DNA of 63,746 nucleotides, filler included, from Craspedostauros australis (GCA_030167865.1; 16 parts of 16 records of this genome joined end to end with filler, not necessarily neighbours in it); one strand, 5' to 3'. Counted from the whole stretch's first letter, positions 50,901 to 63,500 are shown. Notes: a model not told the origin generated them from the letters alone. Numbers and translations: made by a program.

Positions 50901-51614
50901 GTGCAAAGTGGTGGCAAAATTCAAACCGAACATGAGATCTTCGACGCATTGCAAATGGGAAATATCAGAGGCACTACCACCGTCTTGGTTGACGCATCGG
51001 GTTTGAAAGGTCGCTGTGTGACGCACAAGACAAATGCACGCATCAAATTCCGCGCGAAGGGCATGAATGTACGATCAACGCACGAGGCGCAACACAGAAA
51101 CGGCTACGCAGACATACTTGCAGCTTCAAATGTTACTGATCCAGTGCATGTGGAGGAAGTTGAATGGGAAGACTATGACGTCATGAATTCCGAGGTTCCT
51201 ATCATGATAGAACACCAGTCCACACAAGAGCCACTCGCAACAACATCACCACGGAAGCAGAAAAAGACTCTCAGGTTCGCGAAGAGTGCCACCGAAAGCA
51301 AGGCGCTGATGTACCTCGAAGGGATCAACATGGCAGCCTTGGAGACACCTGACGTAAGTAGTGTGCTGCAGGACACCACAGCAGCAACAGAACATCCGCG
51401 ATTGGCTGAACCTGGCTGGGCTGCGAAAGCCATACGATGTAACAAGCCCATTCGCCCATACCTGGTGGAAGTGTTGGAGGAGGTGTGCAGAGTGGCACGC
51501 GCGGACCCGAAGAACAGACCAACTGAGTATGAGGCATTCAGGCGGTGCATGGAGACGACCGAAATGAAGACTGACTGGTATGCGCGGGTACACGTGAACC
51601 CAATGCGAGTGAAG
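47924..51614 (+). pseudogene. Sola-like DDD transposase, copy C; truncated at both ends, with stops and a frameshift
   Basis: VVINHKQKILL..EYWGKKGMSLLG (first Asp changed to Asn), QSDNAGCF, WIYTEAQTGKGRIDTHF; in-frame stops at 49749 and 50358; colinear with copy A. Confidence 0.82.
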
Positions 51615-51715
51615 NNNNNNNNNNNNNNNNNNNNNNNNNNNNNNNNNNNNNNNNNNNNTTAATTAATTAANNNNNNNNNNNNNNNNNNNNNNNNNNNNNN
51701 NNNNNNNNNNNNNNG

Positions 51716-52951
51716 CTCGACAAGCTATCGACGGCGGCGTACCTGACAAAACCCAGCCTACTTCCGTTGGTCCTCCTGAAGAGCGTGAGGCGGACGTTCA
51801 ACAACGGCATCACTCTGTACTCCCCAGCCGCATTCGCAATCCTTGGGATGATCCTGGGTTGGACGCTGGGACGATCACAGGAGAGTCGAGTTTGCGCCAA
51901 CCACGCAATCGACATGGTGCAGAAGATGGAAGATCGGTCGTCGGAGGCCAGAGTCATCCTCTTGTGCAACGCCTTCGTGCTGCAATTCACCCAGGCGTTC
52001 GAAACCTTGAGAAAATCGCTGTTGCGAGCTTACAGCATCGGAATGGCGACGGGGGATGTCGAATCGGCCCTGTGGTGCATGTTCGTCTTCATCGACATGT
52101 CTTGGTTCACCGGCAAGTCACTCCATACCCTCGACATGGATTGTTCCACCTACAGCAAAGTATCGGCGGACTTCGGCCAGATGCGGCAGGCGGAATGTAT
52201 CAAGCTGACTTGGCAAGCCATACTGAATCTGAGGGGATTCGCCAAGGATCCATCCATCATGGTCGGGGACGCGTGTGACGAGGTCACAGCAATGCCTCGG
52301 TACGAGCAACAAGGAGACGACTTTCTGAAAGCAACACTGCTGAGAATGAAGATCATGATGGCGACATACTTCGGAGATTTTGAGACCGCCGCTGATCTTG
52401 CCCTGATCACGTTTGATCTGCACCATGAGGCAATCCCAGCCAGCCTAGTATTTCTTCCATCGTCCTTCTTCTGTTCCTTCGCGTGCTACGTGGCCGTGTC
52501 GATGAACCGGAGGAGCAGGCGGGTCATTCGGCAATACAAACGCATGGCGACTCGGGCTCGACGGATGATCCAGATGTGGAACAATCGGGGCAATCCGAAC
52601 TGCGCGCACTACTTGGCCATCCTCGATGCAGAGAGATCCATCGGGAAATCTCCCACCCCGCCGGGCCGCTTCGCTGGAAGATCCAACAACCAGCATCCAG
52701 CAGTTACAAGCTACCAAAAGGCAATCCGGTTGACAGCGCGCCGTGGTTTCATCAACGATCGGGCATTTGCCAACGAAAGGCTTGCATACTACTTCCGCCA
52801 ACACACGGACGATGAAGAGAGCGCGCGGTTTCATTTTGACGAGGCCATGCGCTTGTACAAAGAATGGGGCGCCGATGGGAAAGTGAAATCGATGGAAGGC
52901 AAGAGCAACCACCTGTGGCAGCCACCGTCTGAGATCGAAGTCACGATGTGA
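51716..52951 (+). CDS. C-terminal helical/TPR-like part of a STAND/AAA-ATPase-type signalling protein; 5'-truncated
   Basis: AYSIGMATGDVESA, GNPNCAHYLAILDAE, YQKAI....RRGFINDRAFANER....A..LY.EWGA.GKV; pattern of the helical C-terminus in the diatom-expanded family related to bacterial kinase-ATPase sensors. Confidence 0.78.
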   Translation, partial: LDKLSTAAYLTKPSLLPLVLLKSVRRTFNNGITLYSPAAFAILGMILGWTLGRSQESRVCANHAIDMVQKMEDRSSEARVILLCNAFVLQFTQAFETLRKSLLRAYSIGMATGDVESALWCMFVFIDMSWFTGKSLHTLDMDCSTYSKVSADFGQMRQAECIKLTWQAILNLRGFAKDPSIMVGDACDEVTAMPRYEQQGDDFLKATLLRMKIMMATYFGDFETAADLALITFDLHHEAIPASLVFLPSSFFCSFACYVAVSMNRRSRRVIRQYKRMATRARRMIQMWNNRGNPNCAHYLAILDAERSIGKSPTPPGRFAGRSNNQHPAVTSYQKAIRLTARRGFINDRAFANERLAYYFRQHTDDEESARFHFDEAMRLYKEWGADGKVKSMEGKSNHLWQPPSEIEVTM

Positions 52952-53362
52952 GGCGCGAACTGAAGACTTGATTACCTTCGTTCGACGAGCTACCAGTTCC
53001 CATGTTGCGAACAGTCATTACATCGGAGGACGCGTCATACGAGCTATTGGCAGGAATCCGATGGCTGTAGCGGCATCCGTTCAATCCTATCTGAAGTGAT
53101 CACAACAGATGATATGGTAGAATGAATTGTATTGAGATACGAGCTATGGGAGAGTAGTCAAGTCATCTGATACGATTGTATTGGTTCGGTTGTCGTCGCT
53201 GTGTAGCGTGTGAAACCAATTCATTGTGTGAGTATCGTGGAGTGTGATGTGGTGTGGAGTTTTGGATGTCACCCGCACACGACCGTCTCTGATCCGTCCC
53301 CACAGCCCACCACGGATCCGCATTCGTAGCACAGCTCAGCTCGAGCAGCGAGAGGTCCTTCT

Positions 53363-54553
53363 TCATTTGCCACCCCGGACCTTTTTGGTCTGCCGTATGA
53401 TGCCCGACTCCAGCTTTTCCCGATGGCATTTGGCAAACTGGCGGAACTCCTCCAAACAGTCCAGATCAGCCTGGGCCACTTCTGTTGGTTGGCCGCGCTT
53501 GCACAGCGACATCTGCCGGGCCTTCTTGCTTCGTCCTTGATTGCATGGGAACCCGATCTCCATGTAGTTGCACTCGGTGGTGGCAATTTTGTAGAAATCT
53601 GGCCACAACCGAGGCGTCGTCTCCGTGAACAGGAACAGCGTGCCCTCTGGAACCACGTCGAAAAGTTCTCGGAAGAACACGAAGTTGGACTTGCGCAGGT
53701 TGATGGCGTTCTCGGACACGCAGTACTGGCATGTCCAGATGTTGGTCGTCTCAATCTTATCCAGCATGGCCCGGTTGTTGGGATGTGCGAGAGGCGTCGT
53801 GATATCGCATTTCCCACCCCACGACGCGGTCAGGTTGGTCTGTTGCAGCGCGATTTGGGTTGATTCGCTCATGGCGACCACCAGATCCTCCCAGCCCTCC
53901 TCGTAATCCATCACATTGGCATGCAAGGCGGACATTCCGCTGCCTGAGGATGAGAAGGTCGCTACCAGCGCGGCGGCGACGAAATCGTACCCAGGTCCGC
54001 CACCCAACGACGTCAAAGTACACGCCGTCGGCTGTCCATCCGATCCATCCAGCAGCCGCTGCTGCTCCATGCCTTTGCTCCAGTGGTGCGGGACCGATGG
54101 ATTTTGAGTTGTGTACATCAGCAGGTCCGAAAGTAATCGAGCACGGCAGAAGAAATCCAGGGCGTACCCGGACCTCGATCCGGCATCACCGAAGCACGGC
54201 ATCGTGCCTTGATCGGCAGCCACGCCCAGATTGAACCAGAGCGAGCCAAATGCTTCTTGATCGACGGGATGTGGCAAACGCTGCGACAGGTGATGCCGGA
54301 TGGAATCGATGGAAAGCTGCGACCAATGACGCCACCCCTTGGTGGCCTTCAGAGAGCCGGGAGTGCGGCGGAGGTTGCGATTCGCCAATTGCATCAGTTC
54401 CTCGGCGCTGAGGATACTAGCAGAGCTAGTGCTTTCATCATCGTCGCTGCGATTGTCGGCCACGACAGTACCATCAGCGAAATTGGCATTCTTCCGCAGC
54501 TGTCGCTTGACATAGCTCGTCCTTGACAGAGACTTCGTGTCATGTCGTGCGTC
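53363..54553 (-). CDS. Putative class I SAM-dependent methyltransferase-like protein; 5'-truncated
   Basis: Motif-I-like LTSLGGGPGYDF, acidic VMDYEEGW, CDIT, YCVSEN; frame open to the scaffold end; convergent with the preceding gene. Confidence 0.62.
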   Translation of the reverse strand, partial: DARHDTKSLSRTSYVKRQLRKNANFADGTVVADNRSDDDESTSSASILSAEELMQLANRNLRRTPGSLKATKGWRHWSQLSIDSIRHHLSQRLPHPVDQEAFGSLWFNLGVAADQGTMPCFGDAGSRSGYALDFFCRARLLSDLLMYTTQNPSVPHHWSKGMEQQRLLDGSDGQPTACTLTSLGGGPGYDFVAAALVATFSSSGSGMSALHANVMDYEEGWEDLVVAMSESTQIALQQTNLTASWGGKCDITTPLAHPNNRAMLDKIETTNIWTCQYCVSENAINLRKSNFVFFRELFDVVPEGTLFLFTETTPRLWPDFYKIATTECNYMEIGFPCNQGRSKKARQMSLCKRGQPTEVAQADLDCLEEFRQFAKCHREKLESGIIRQTKKVRGGK

Positions 54554-54654
54554 NNNNNNNNNNNNNNNNNNNNNNNNNNNNNNNNNNNNNNNNNNNNTTA
54601 ATTAATTAANNNNNNNNNNNNNNNNNNNNNNNNNNNNNNNNNNNNNNNNNNNNG

Positions 54655-56862
54655 CCCTTCTGGTTGCCCGAGGACGACAAGTCCATGGATAGCACGGAAA
54701 TGATGTGCTTCCTCACCAACGAGTTCGAACTTGATTCAACAGAGGTCAAAAATGTGACCAACCCAAGACTCGTAACAACCCAAGAAATTACGAACATCAA
54801 GAAAAACATGAGCAACGACCACGCCATGATGCCTCCCGAAGAGGAGACCACCAAAGACCTCGCCCTCACGTCCACCGACGAAGAGATGGGCGACCAAGGC
54901 AACGAAGAGCCAAATCAAGGCTCCGAGTGGACAGCGGAAGAGCGGGCGGCCCACCACCCAGGGGTGTATGGTCACTACGGACCACCAGCGGTCGCCGCCG
55001 AGCGCATCAACCGCGAACTCTTCCCGTCCGAAGACGAGTCCACCAATGACGACGAGTTCTTCGACGAGGTCATCTACGATGAAGACCTCGTCAGCACCGA
55101 AGAAGAGTCTACCAACGAAGTGGCGATGGTGATTGGAGCGGAAGACATCTGCAGAGAGCCTGTCTTCTCACTCTCCACCAACAAGTCTCCCATCGAGAAG
55201 ACGATCGAAGCAGCAGGGCGCGCAATGTACCAAGGATGGGCATCGTGTCCACTGTGCTTCAAACAAGGGTACATCTACTCGTACTGCGTCGATTGTCCAG
55301 CCCAGCCCTTCCTCATCGATCTACCGGAAGGAACGGACGTGGTGAAACCCACAACCCACGAAGAACGCGATGAACGCCGCGCAAAGCTCGCAAAGGAGGA
55401 GTCCCTCGCACTCGCAGTGCGATACTCATTGAGCAACGCCATGCCGGCTGACAGTGTGCGTTCCGAGCTTGCCTTGCTGTGCTTCGACACAGTGGAGGAG
55501 TACAACTCGAGAGACAGACGCACTTGCGCGGATGCTCGCACCCTCTACTTCCTCCTACGCGAAATCGGGATGATGACTCCGTTCAACGTCATGAAGTACA
55601 TGCCGTTTATCAACGAAAGGCTGGAGAAGGAGCAGTTGTCAGCCATCCACCACGGACTCATCGGGAGCCTGGCCTCGCGTGGAGCACTCCAAGTCATGTG
55701 GAAATACCACCCAGGTCACTACGGAGTCCGCAGCCCAAATGCGTTCCCTGAATTCCCCATCTACAGCGAGAGAAACCCGCAACCAGACATGGCAATGGTG
55801 ATCGGTGACATCGACGGCGTGGAAGAACGCCGCATCACGCTCGCCCCAGACCGCCATGAGGCAAACACTTGGTTGGGCGACTCAGGTGCCTCGTGCCACC
55901 TAACCAACAACGACGAGGGNATGACCAACGTGCGCGTNGCCGACCACTCCATCAAGATCGGCAGCGGTCGCTACATCAAGGCAACAAAGGTGGGCGACAA
56001 GCGCATGGTGGTAATGCAGAAAAACGGTACCACCGCAACCATCCTCCTCAAGCACGTGAAGTTCGTGCCCAAATTATGGGTGAACCTCCTCAGCATCAAC
56101 AAAGCGCTTGAGAGCGGCTTCAACATCAGCAACCACGGTGTTGTGATGAGCCTGGAGAAGCGCGGACAACGTATTACGTTTGACCGGCTTATGGCTACCC
56201 ACAGCGGGTTCGTGAGCGGCGTCAACATGATCACCGCCCCTCACCCTCACGATCAAGCCNNNNNNNNNNNNNNNNNNNNNNNNNNNNNNNNNNNNNNNNN
56301 NNNNNNNNNCCCAAATGCGTTCCCTGAACTCCCCATCTACAGCGAGAGAAACCCGCAACCAGACATGGCAATGGTGATCGGTGACATCGACGGTGTGGAG
56401 GAACGCCGCATCACGCTCGCCCCAGACCGCCATGAGGCAAACACCTGGTTGGGCGACTCAGGTGCCTCGTGCCACCTAACCAACAACGACGAGGGGATGA
56501 CCAACGTGCGCGTAGCCGACCACTCCATCAAGATCGGCAGCGGTCGCTACATCAAGGCAACAAAGGTGGGCGACAAGCGCATGGTGGTAATGCAGAAAAA
56601 CGGTACCACCGCCACCATCCTCCTCAAGCACGTGAAGTTCGTGCCCAAATTGTGGGTGAACCTTCTCAGCATCAACAAAGCGCTCGAGAGCGGGTTCAAC
56701 ATCAGCAACCGCGGAGTGGTGATGAGCCTGGAGAAGCACGGACAACGCATTACGTTTGACCGGCTTATGGCTACCCACAGTGGATTCGTGAGCGGTGTTA
56801 ACATGATCACCGCCCCTCACCCTCACGATCAAGCCAATGTTGGCGTGTCCACCAAGACCGCG
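54655..56862 (+). mobile_element. Ty1/copia polyprotein fragment: acidic linker, extra domain, aspartic protease (same family as 27958-30225)
   Basis: WLGDSGASCH, VKFVPKLWVNLLSI; the protease segment is duplicated across the N gap; cut at 56863 by an LTR. Confidence 0.9.
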
Positions 56863-57123
56863 TGTTGGCAAGTTCCGCGCACGGTAACCTACGATCGTGG
56901 AAGATGGTGTTGGTTGATAGTCGTCTGTTTGCTATTTCATTACTTGGCTACTCCNATGCTCTCGGTGTACGCCCGTTCTCTTGCCCGATGCTCTCGGCGC
57001 TTCAATCTGTTTCGTAGATTCAGTCTCCGACTATGAGTTGGTACGCGAGATCCTCTCTCGCTCCTCTCTGTATTCTCTCTCTCTCTCTCAACATCGTGTG
57101 CTCGTGCTACACGATGCTTCGTG
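56863..57123 (-). mobile_element. LTR family 1 inserted in opposite orientation into the Copia ORF
   Basis: tgttggcaagttccgc... is the reverse complement of the LTR end at 30652 and 31301. Confidence 0.88.
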
Positions 57124-57223
57124 NNNNNNNNNNNNNNNNNNNNNNNNNNNNNNNNNNNNNNNNNNNNTTAATTAATTAANNNNNNNNNNNNNNNNNNNNN
57201 NNNNNNNNNNNNNNNNNNNNNNN

Positions 57224-58100
57224 GATCATCGAAAGCTCGACGCGCACATCGGTGGCAGACGCCATGCTGCTCAACGAGTATCGAACCAAGAGGCAGATCG
57301 GACCTGCATCCACAAGCAGTCCTCTGCGCTCCTCATCACTCGTTTCGCCTTCATTGTAGTTGGCGTTGCCGTCTTCCTCTTCATTCTCGGATGAAAAGGG
57401 TTGTCTGTTGATCAACTCCATCGTGATCGTTCGTAGACCCGTAGTAGCTATACACTCCTGGAGTGTACTCGGCTATCTCCTCCCTGGTCCACTCGCAGTC
57501 GTTGACTGGTGTTCCGCTGTCGAAGTCGGAAACCCCATCATTGTTGATTGTTACGAGTGCCATGTTGTTCGTGATCGCGTTNTCGTCGCGCATCATCGTG
57601 TAGTTTCACATGGTCACATTTTGGTCGTTGTTCGCGATTTCGGTGATGGCCACGAATTTCGTGTTGGTCACATTTTTGATGCCGACCACATTTTCGTTGA
57701 TGGGCATGGACATCGGCTCGTCAGTTTGTGATGAGAGCGATGTCATCCATCCCTTCCATCCTGTCTGTTGCGACCTTGACCGACCTGGCTTCCTTCATCT
57801 CACTATCGTGGGCATCGCGGTTAGGACGTCTGCTCCTGAACCGACCGATCCGTTGTCAGTGTCATCTATCTTTCTCACTCTCTCACTGCCGTTGCCTCGT
57901 GCGCACTTATAACCGTGTTTGATACGGTGGCGGTCGTAGATGAGGCTCATGGCTTCGTAGAGGTCTTGAATCATCATCTTCGTTGATGGCAAGGATACCT
58001 CCTGTTCCTCGTCTTTTGTATTGAGCCTGGGATCGAAGCGCGGAAGGACCTCCCGTCCAGCTTGTTCCAGCGCTTTCCCTTCTCGTTGAAGCACACACTT
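57224..58100 (-). pseudogene. Degenerate third member of the same Copia family
   Basis: YDRHRIKHGYK (cf. YDRHHLKHGYK near 30200), EWTREEIAEYTPGVYSYYG (cf. EWTAEERAAHHPGVYGHYG), VRYSLSSMASATDVRVEL (cf. VRYSLSNAMPADSVRSEL); frameshifted. Confidence 0.72.
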
Positions 58101-59065
58101 CCTGTGTTGCTATTCTCGTTGTTGTCGCCAATTCATGGCTGGTAGATTGCATTCTTACCTCCTCGATCATCTCACAGTAGGAATCGCAGCCAGCCCTCGA
58201 GCATGTATCACACGATGGCAGTCGGTGCCACGTGATCATCTCGATGCTTTCCATTGCTGCTCCTCGCGTCACTCTTGAGATGATCATGATCATGGGCCAT
58301 GCCCATGCCTGCGTAGATCTTGGTCGTCCTTTACCTGATCATCCCTGCCTGCATGCTCGTGCTCGATTGCGTCGCGCGCACCATGCGCACAGACGTTCAG
58401 CATCAGCGATCTGTGTTGCTCCTCGTTCATCTCGGCTTCCTTATCGACCGAGTGCTGATGAGGCAGCTCCATTCTTGCAGGGTAGGTTGGAAGCTCTCAT
58501 TGCTTCCTCAATTGCATCTTGTTGAGCTCCGTCAGCTGTCTCGCCCTCATGGCGCAGTGTGCTGAATCCGATGCATCCGAGAGCGTGGCCTGCTGCGTCC
58601 GAATCTCTTCTTGCGTACAGCTCGTTCTCGTACTCCAACACAGCCGTGAAGGTCTCCATGCCTTCCTCGACTTCATGGTCCCATGACCATGGACAGTTCT
58701 TCCAATGCGTGGGTTCTGAGCGCCTCCTTGCTTCAGCAATACATGTAGTGTCTGTACTTGCCTCAGCTGCGGTCTCCACTCTGCTGGTGGACTCGCGGTG
58801 GTGCTCGATTCGATCATCATCATCGTCTTGATATCGTCGTTCGTGTGGGGGTTACCATGCCGATCTTGGCATCCATTGGCAAGGAGCATCATGCTCCAGA
58901 GCGGCTTGCTCTCCTCTCTCTTCACACAGGCGACCATTACTCGCGATGGTCTTGAGTGTAGATGGTGGTCATGTCGATGATGGTGATGTTGGCTAGTGTT
59001 GGTGGTGGTGGAAACNNNNNNNNNNNNNNNNNNNNNNNNNNNNNNNNNNNNNNNNNNNNNNNNNN

Positions 59066-59522
59066 AACCGGTGAAACCGCCATTCCAACTGTTCGCACGA
59101 CCCACGTTTCGGCCTCATCCACGACTCAACCAAGGATGTCACGTTTCAGCGCGGATCCTGATGATGCGGCCACCCGAGCCAACAACCGTATCCTCATTAC
59201 CAAGGAAGAACGCGCTGCACTCGAAGGAAAGGACCGCACCAAGGTCAGAGAACAAGCCGTTGAGCCTCTCGAGCCGCTCTTCGTGATGGTGAACCAAACC
59301 ACTGCCATCAATGACAACAAGTTCCTCGAAAAGAACTATGACTTCGCCCGACTCAAAGAAAACCTCCGCAACCGCCTCAAGATGTACTCAATGTACGAGC
59401 CATTCCAAATCATCCAATCCACTCGGAACGAGGCTGGGGATCTTGACTTTGATCGAACCGCCGCTGACGATACCTTCATTGATCTGCTGGACAACGCGTT
59501 CACGCTCGACCAAGACGTTGTA
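59066..59522 (+). mobile_element. Probable Copia gag-like ORF interrupted by an LTR
   Basis: LKENLRNRLKMYSMYEPFQII...FIDLLDNAFTL resembles diatom Copia gag; coding character stops at the TGTTGG terminus. Confidence 0.5.
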
Positions 59523-60469
59523 TGTTGGAAATCCGGGGTACCCCAGTCTCTAGTAGTAGTATCTGGTTACCTATTCCTGTTATTGTATTGTTGGAACTGT
59601 GAGTACAACATCTTCATCACTTTCAATTCCATTTGCCAAAGCATACATAATCCACAGTAGCACACAGTCTTGCCCTTGCNCATGCAGTGCTGTCCTCCTG
59701 CTTCATCATGTCATGCAGCATGTACTCCATGTACATCTCATCTTGCAGTATTGGTTCATCTCATCGTGCATCTCATCATGCATCTCATCATGCATCTCAG
59801 ATATTCCATCTCCTGCCCTCTACCGATAGTTTCGTTAGCATAGACATCGCCGAGTCGTAGGCGTCACACAGCTCGGGCCATTCGATCAGATCACGATTTC
59901 CCATTCGTCACAGGAGCACCCTGGATGGGAGCTCATTCAGCTCCTCATCATCACACATCTCCGATCATCTCCGATCATCTCCGATGCTTCTCCGATCGTT
60001 TTTCCCATTACTTCGCCGATCACTTCACCGGCTTCCTGGAAGTTCGTCATCACTGGTTCGTTCACAGGCCATCTCACACTTCGTGACATTGGCCTTCCTC
60101 CAGTACTCTTTTNNNATTGGTTGCGACATGGGGGCCGTAGTCGCTCGTATCGTGATGTTGGTCACGATTCCAACATCCCTGCCCCCTGCGACATACACGT
60201 GTGATTGGTATTCCTGCATTGAGGTCACGGACACCATAGTCCGGTTCGCATTCGGCACGTGTCGTTCTCCATCACAAAACACGTGCAGCTCACATTTTTC
60301 TGTCACAAAGATCCACAGGTGGGAGTTGCGGTAATGTATCATATCATGACATTCGACTCCTGACTCTTGACTTCTTGGGAGGTGCGGTAATGTAGCATTT
60401 TACAATGCTCGACTCCACATTCTTGGGAGGTGCGGCAATTCGGTGTTTCACAACACCCGATTCCTGACA
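59523..60469 (-). mobile_element. Complete ~947-bp LTR, family 2
   Basis: Termini TGTTGGAAATC...GATTCCTGACA; shares tgttggaaatccggggt and ttgggaggtgcggcaatt with 44633-45379; strand inferred from that copy. Confidence 0.72.
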
Positions 60470-60570
60470 NNNNNNNNNNNNNNNNNNNNNNNNNNNNNNN
60501 NNNNNNNNNNNNNTTAATTAATTAANNNNNNNNNNNNNNNNNNNNNNNNNNNNNNNNNNNNNNNNNNNNA

Positions 60571-63500
60571 CGAAAAATGCAAACAGCAGCCGCCCGTGTG
60601 CAGGAGTGCCCGCTATGTGCGGCATGCCAATTCGGCAAACAACACCGCAGACCAACGCCAGGCACAACACAGCACGCAATACTGGACCGACAGGGTGTGA
60701 TCAAAACTGATCATCTCTTCCCTGGCCAACAGGTCTCCGTGGATCACTTCGTGGGACGCACGCTGGGCCGTCTATTCACTGGAAGGGGCAAATCCGACTC
60801 CTCTGAGATGTACAAGGGCGGAGCGATGTTTGTGGACCATGCATCAGGGTACATTCACGTGGAACCTGTTGCGTCCCTCACCACTCATGCAACCCTCGAA
60901 GCCAAGACACGATTTGAGTCCATGTGTCGCGATGTGGGTGTACCAGTGCGCTCCTATCTATCGGACAATGCCACCACCTTCACATCGCCAGACTACACCA
61001 AACACCTCGAGCGCTTCCACCAAGTGCATCGCTTCGCCGGAGTCGGTGCCCATCATCACAACGGAGTGGCCGAGCGGAGCATTCGTACCATCATCTCCAT
61101 GGCACGCACGATGATGATGCATCAGAGTATTCACTGGCCGACGATGTTTGACGCACAGCATTGGCCCATGGCGGTCGTGCATGCAGCGTACATTCACAAT
61201 CGGGTCCCCAACGCAGCCACTGGATTGACACCAATGGACATCCTTTCGCGTACTCGCATCCCGCTGAAGCAGCTTCACAACCTTCATGTGTGGGGCAGCC
61301 CAGTATACGTGTTGAACAAAGCTCTCGGCGATGGTCGCAAGATCCCACGATGGGAACCACGCGGAGAACGGTACGTCAACATGGGTCTCTCCACCCGTCA
61401 CGCATCAACAGTCCCCCTGGTGTTGTCACCACGGACAGGATCGATTACCCCGCAATTCCACGTCGTTTTTGACGACTGGTTCGCAACCATCGCAACAAAC
61501 CCAAGCGACCTTCCCGACTACAACACCAGTGAGTGGACTCACATGTTCGGCGATACAACCTACCAAATCCCTTTTGACGACGAAGACATCATCGCCATGG
61601 AAGAAAGAGACATCGAACGTGAAGACGCAAACGACCACCAACGGTTTCACTCCACAAACGATGCCCCGATGCCACTGCCATCATCAGGCGCGCCACCGGT
61701 ATTCACGCGAACTCCGATCAACACAAATTCACCAGCTCACATTTTGGAACAGCCGTCGGAACCGGAAATGAACAGCGACACAACACCGGTCGATCAAGTG
61801 CAACCACCTCAACCAACCTCCCAACCAGCGGATACTGTTGAAGATCACACACGCACACCACCAATGCCACCAACAGAGGGAGGCGAGGAGCCGAAAGAAC
61901 GTGCCGTCACAACTTCGCCAAACCTGTTGCCACCAACAGAGGGAGCGACAAACGATGACGAAAGCGGTATAATGCCGATCGCAAGTGATTCCCCTCCAGC
62001 TTCGCCACCTCGTGAGCCCATTCACGCGCCAACGAAAAGAGACAAGGCAAAATCATCCAAGCCACCTCCACTTCGCCGCTCGGAGCGTATCAACAAACGA
62101 GAGCCACGAGAACGCAAAACCGTCGAGCGACTCACCTACAACAAATTAAGGGGCAAAGTCGTGTGGGCAGATGACGACACACCACCCATCGAAGCTAGCG
62201 CCAACGTGACAACTCAACACACAGGTGACCACAGCAAGACCCAAGCGGTACAGAGCATGAAGAACGTCCTGCAGGAGTGCCGCCAGTCGCTAATGGAGTT
62301 CACGGAGCACCCTGACGACCAGGTAACACAAAAAGCCAAGGTCCTGGTCCGTGACGCGGAATCCATGCTCCGAAATTTGAAAACCATCGATACCGAAGAG
62401 CTACGAAAGGACGAACGGCGTTGGGCGCAGGGCGACCTCGAAATGGAACGGATGCTACGTGCAAGACAGCTCGAGATCCGAGCCGAGATGCGCAGGGAAC
62501 AAGAGGAGGCAGCGGCCAATGAAGCTACATCCCGGCATGAACATCACATCCTCATGATGAGCAACCAGTCCGACCCGCCCTCAGAGGACGACGACTCATC
62601 CCCCGGCAACACCATGGACCCCATCGACATCGGCCACCTGTGGCCACATCACGTCAACATCACTTGGCACATCCGCCACTACTTTGACCATGTGGTGCGG
62701 TTCCGATTCCCGACAGAAGCTGCAAGGAGCCAGTGCATCTACTACGCCATCCGTAGATTTGTTGACGCCATCGATGAAATGCTCGAAACAGGTGAGTATC
62801 ACCTCCCCGTCTCGTACTTCGGATTCATACCAAGGGTACAAGGTCAACGGTATACCCTGGAACGAGCTATCGCGGCCATGGAGAACGGTCTACGACCACC
62901 GGACGAAGATGAACGGGTACAGGACTTCATGCGACGAGCGGGCTTCGCGTGGCATCTCATCACGCATGACGAGCGATTTGAGATCGGAATACTTCACTTG
63001 CACATCCAGCTTGGAGTCGCACCCGAGGTACCACCAACGATCATGGCCCCACCGAGCGAATTCGAACCAGCAGAACAGCACGCTTCGGCATCAACTCACT
63101 ACGCCTACCAACCACCGCCGTATGACGACGAAACCGACGAACACTACGCGATGGCAGCAGCGGTCGAGCACGACGACAACGACAACCACAGTGCCCTCAT
63201 CACATACGACCTGCTCANCTTCTTCACCAGCGGCGGCGACCTCGATATCGCAGATCGCCACTACAGCTACAAGGCGTCAAAAGCTGACCCTGACACTCTT
63301 TCCTTCAACGAGGCAATGAATGACGACAACAAAAGCGAATGGATGGCCGCCGCGCACAAGGAAATTCACGATCTCACCAACAAAGGGACGTGGATTGAGG
63401 TGCCGAAATCCTCCATCACCGATCGCATCTTCCCTGGCACATGGGTGTTCCGACGCAAGCGAATGCCTGACGGCACGGTCAAGAAATATAAAGGCCGATG

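Noticed and set aside
12754..51614. Programmed readthrough or an alternative genetic code in the transposases
   Set aside because: Stops are of all three types, at different positions in each copy, one is a sense codon in a sister copy, and the host genes terminate normally at TGA
55735..56835. Copia polyprotein with two protease domains
   Set aside because: The second protease is the gap-flanking overlap artefact; the same applies at 28373-28926
5844..60569. TTAATTAATTAA recurring 15 times as a biological repeat or TTAA target site
   Set aside because: Always centred in a fixed-length N block; it is a six-frame-stop scaffold linker. Neighbouring scaffolds are not physically adjacent
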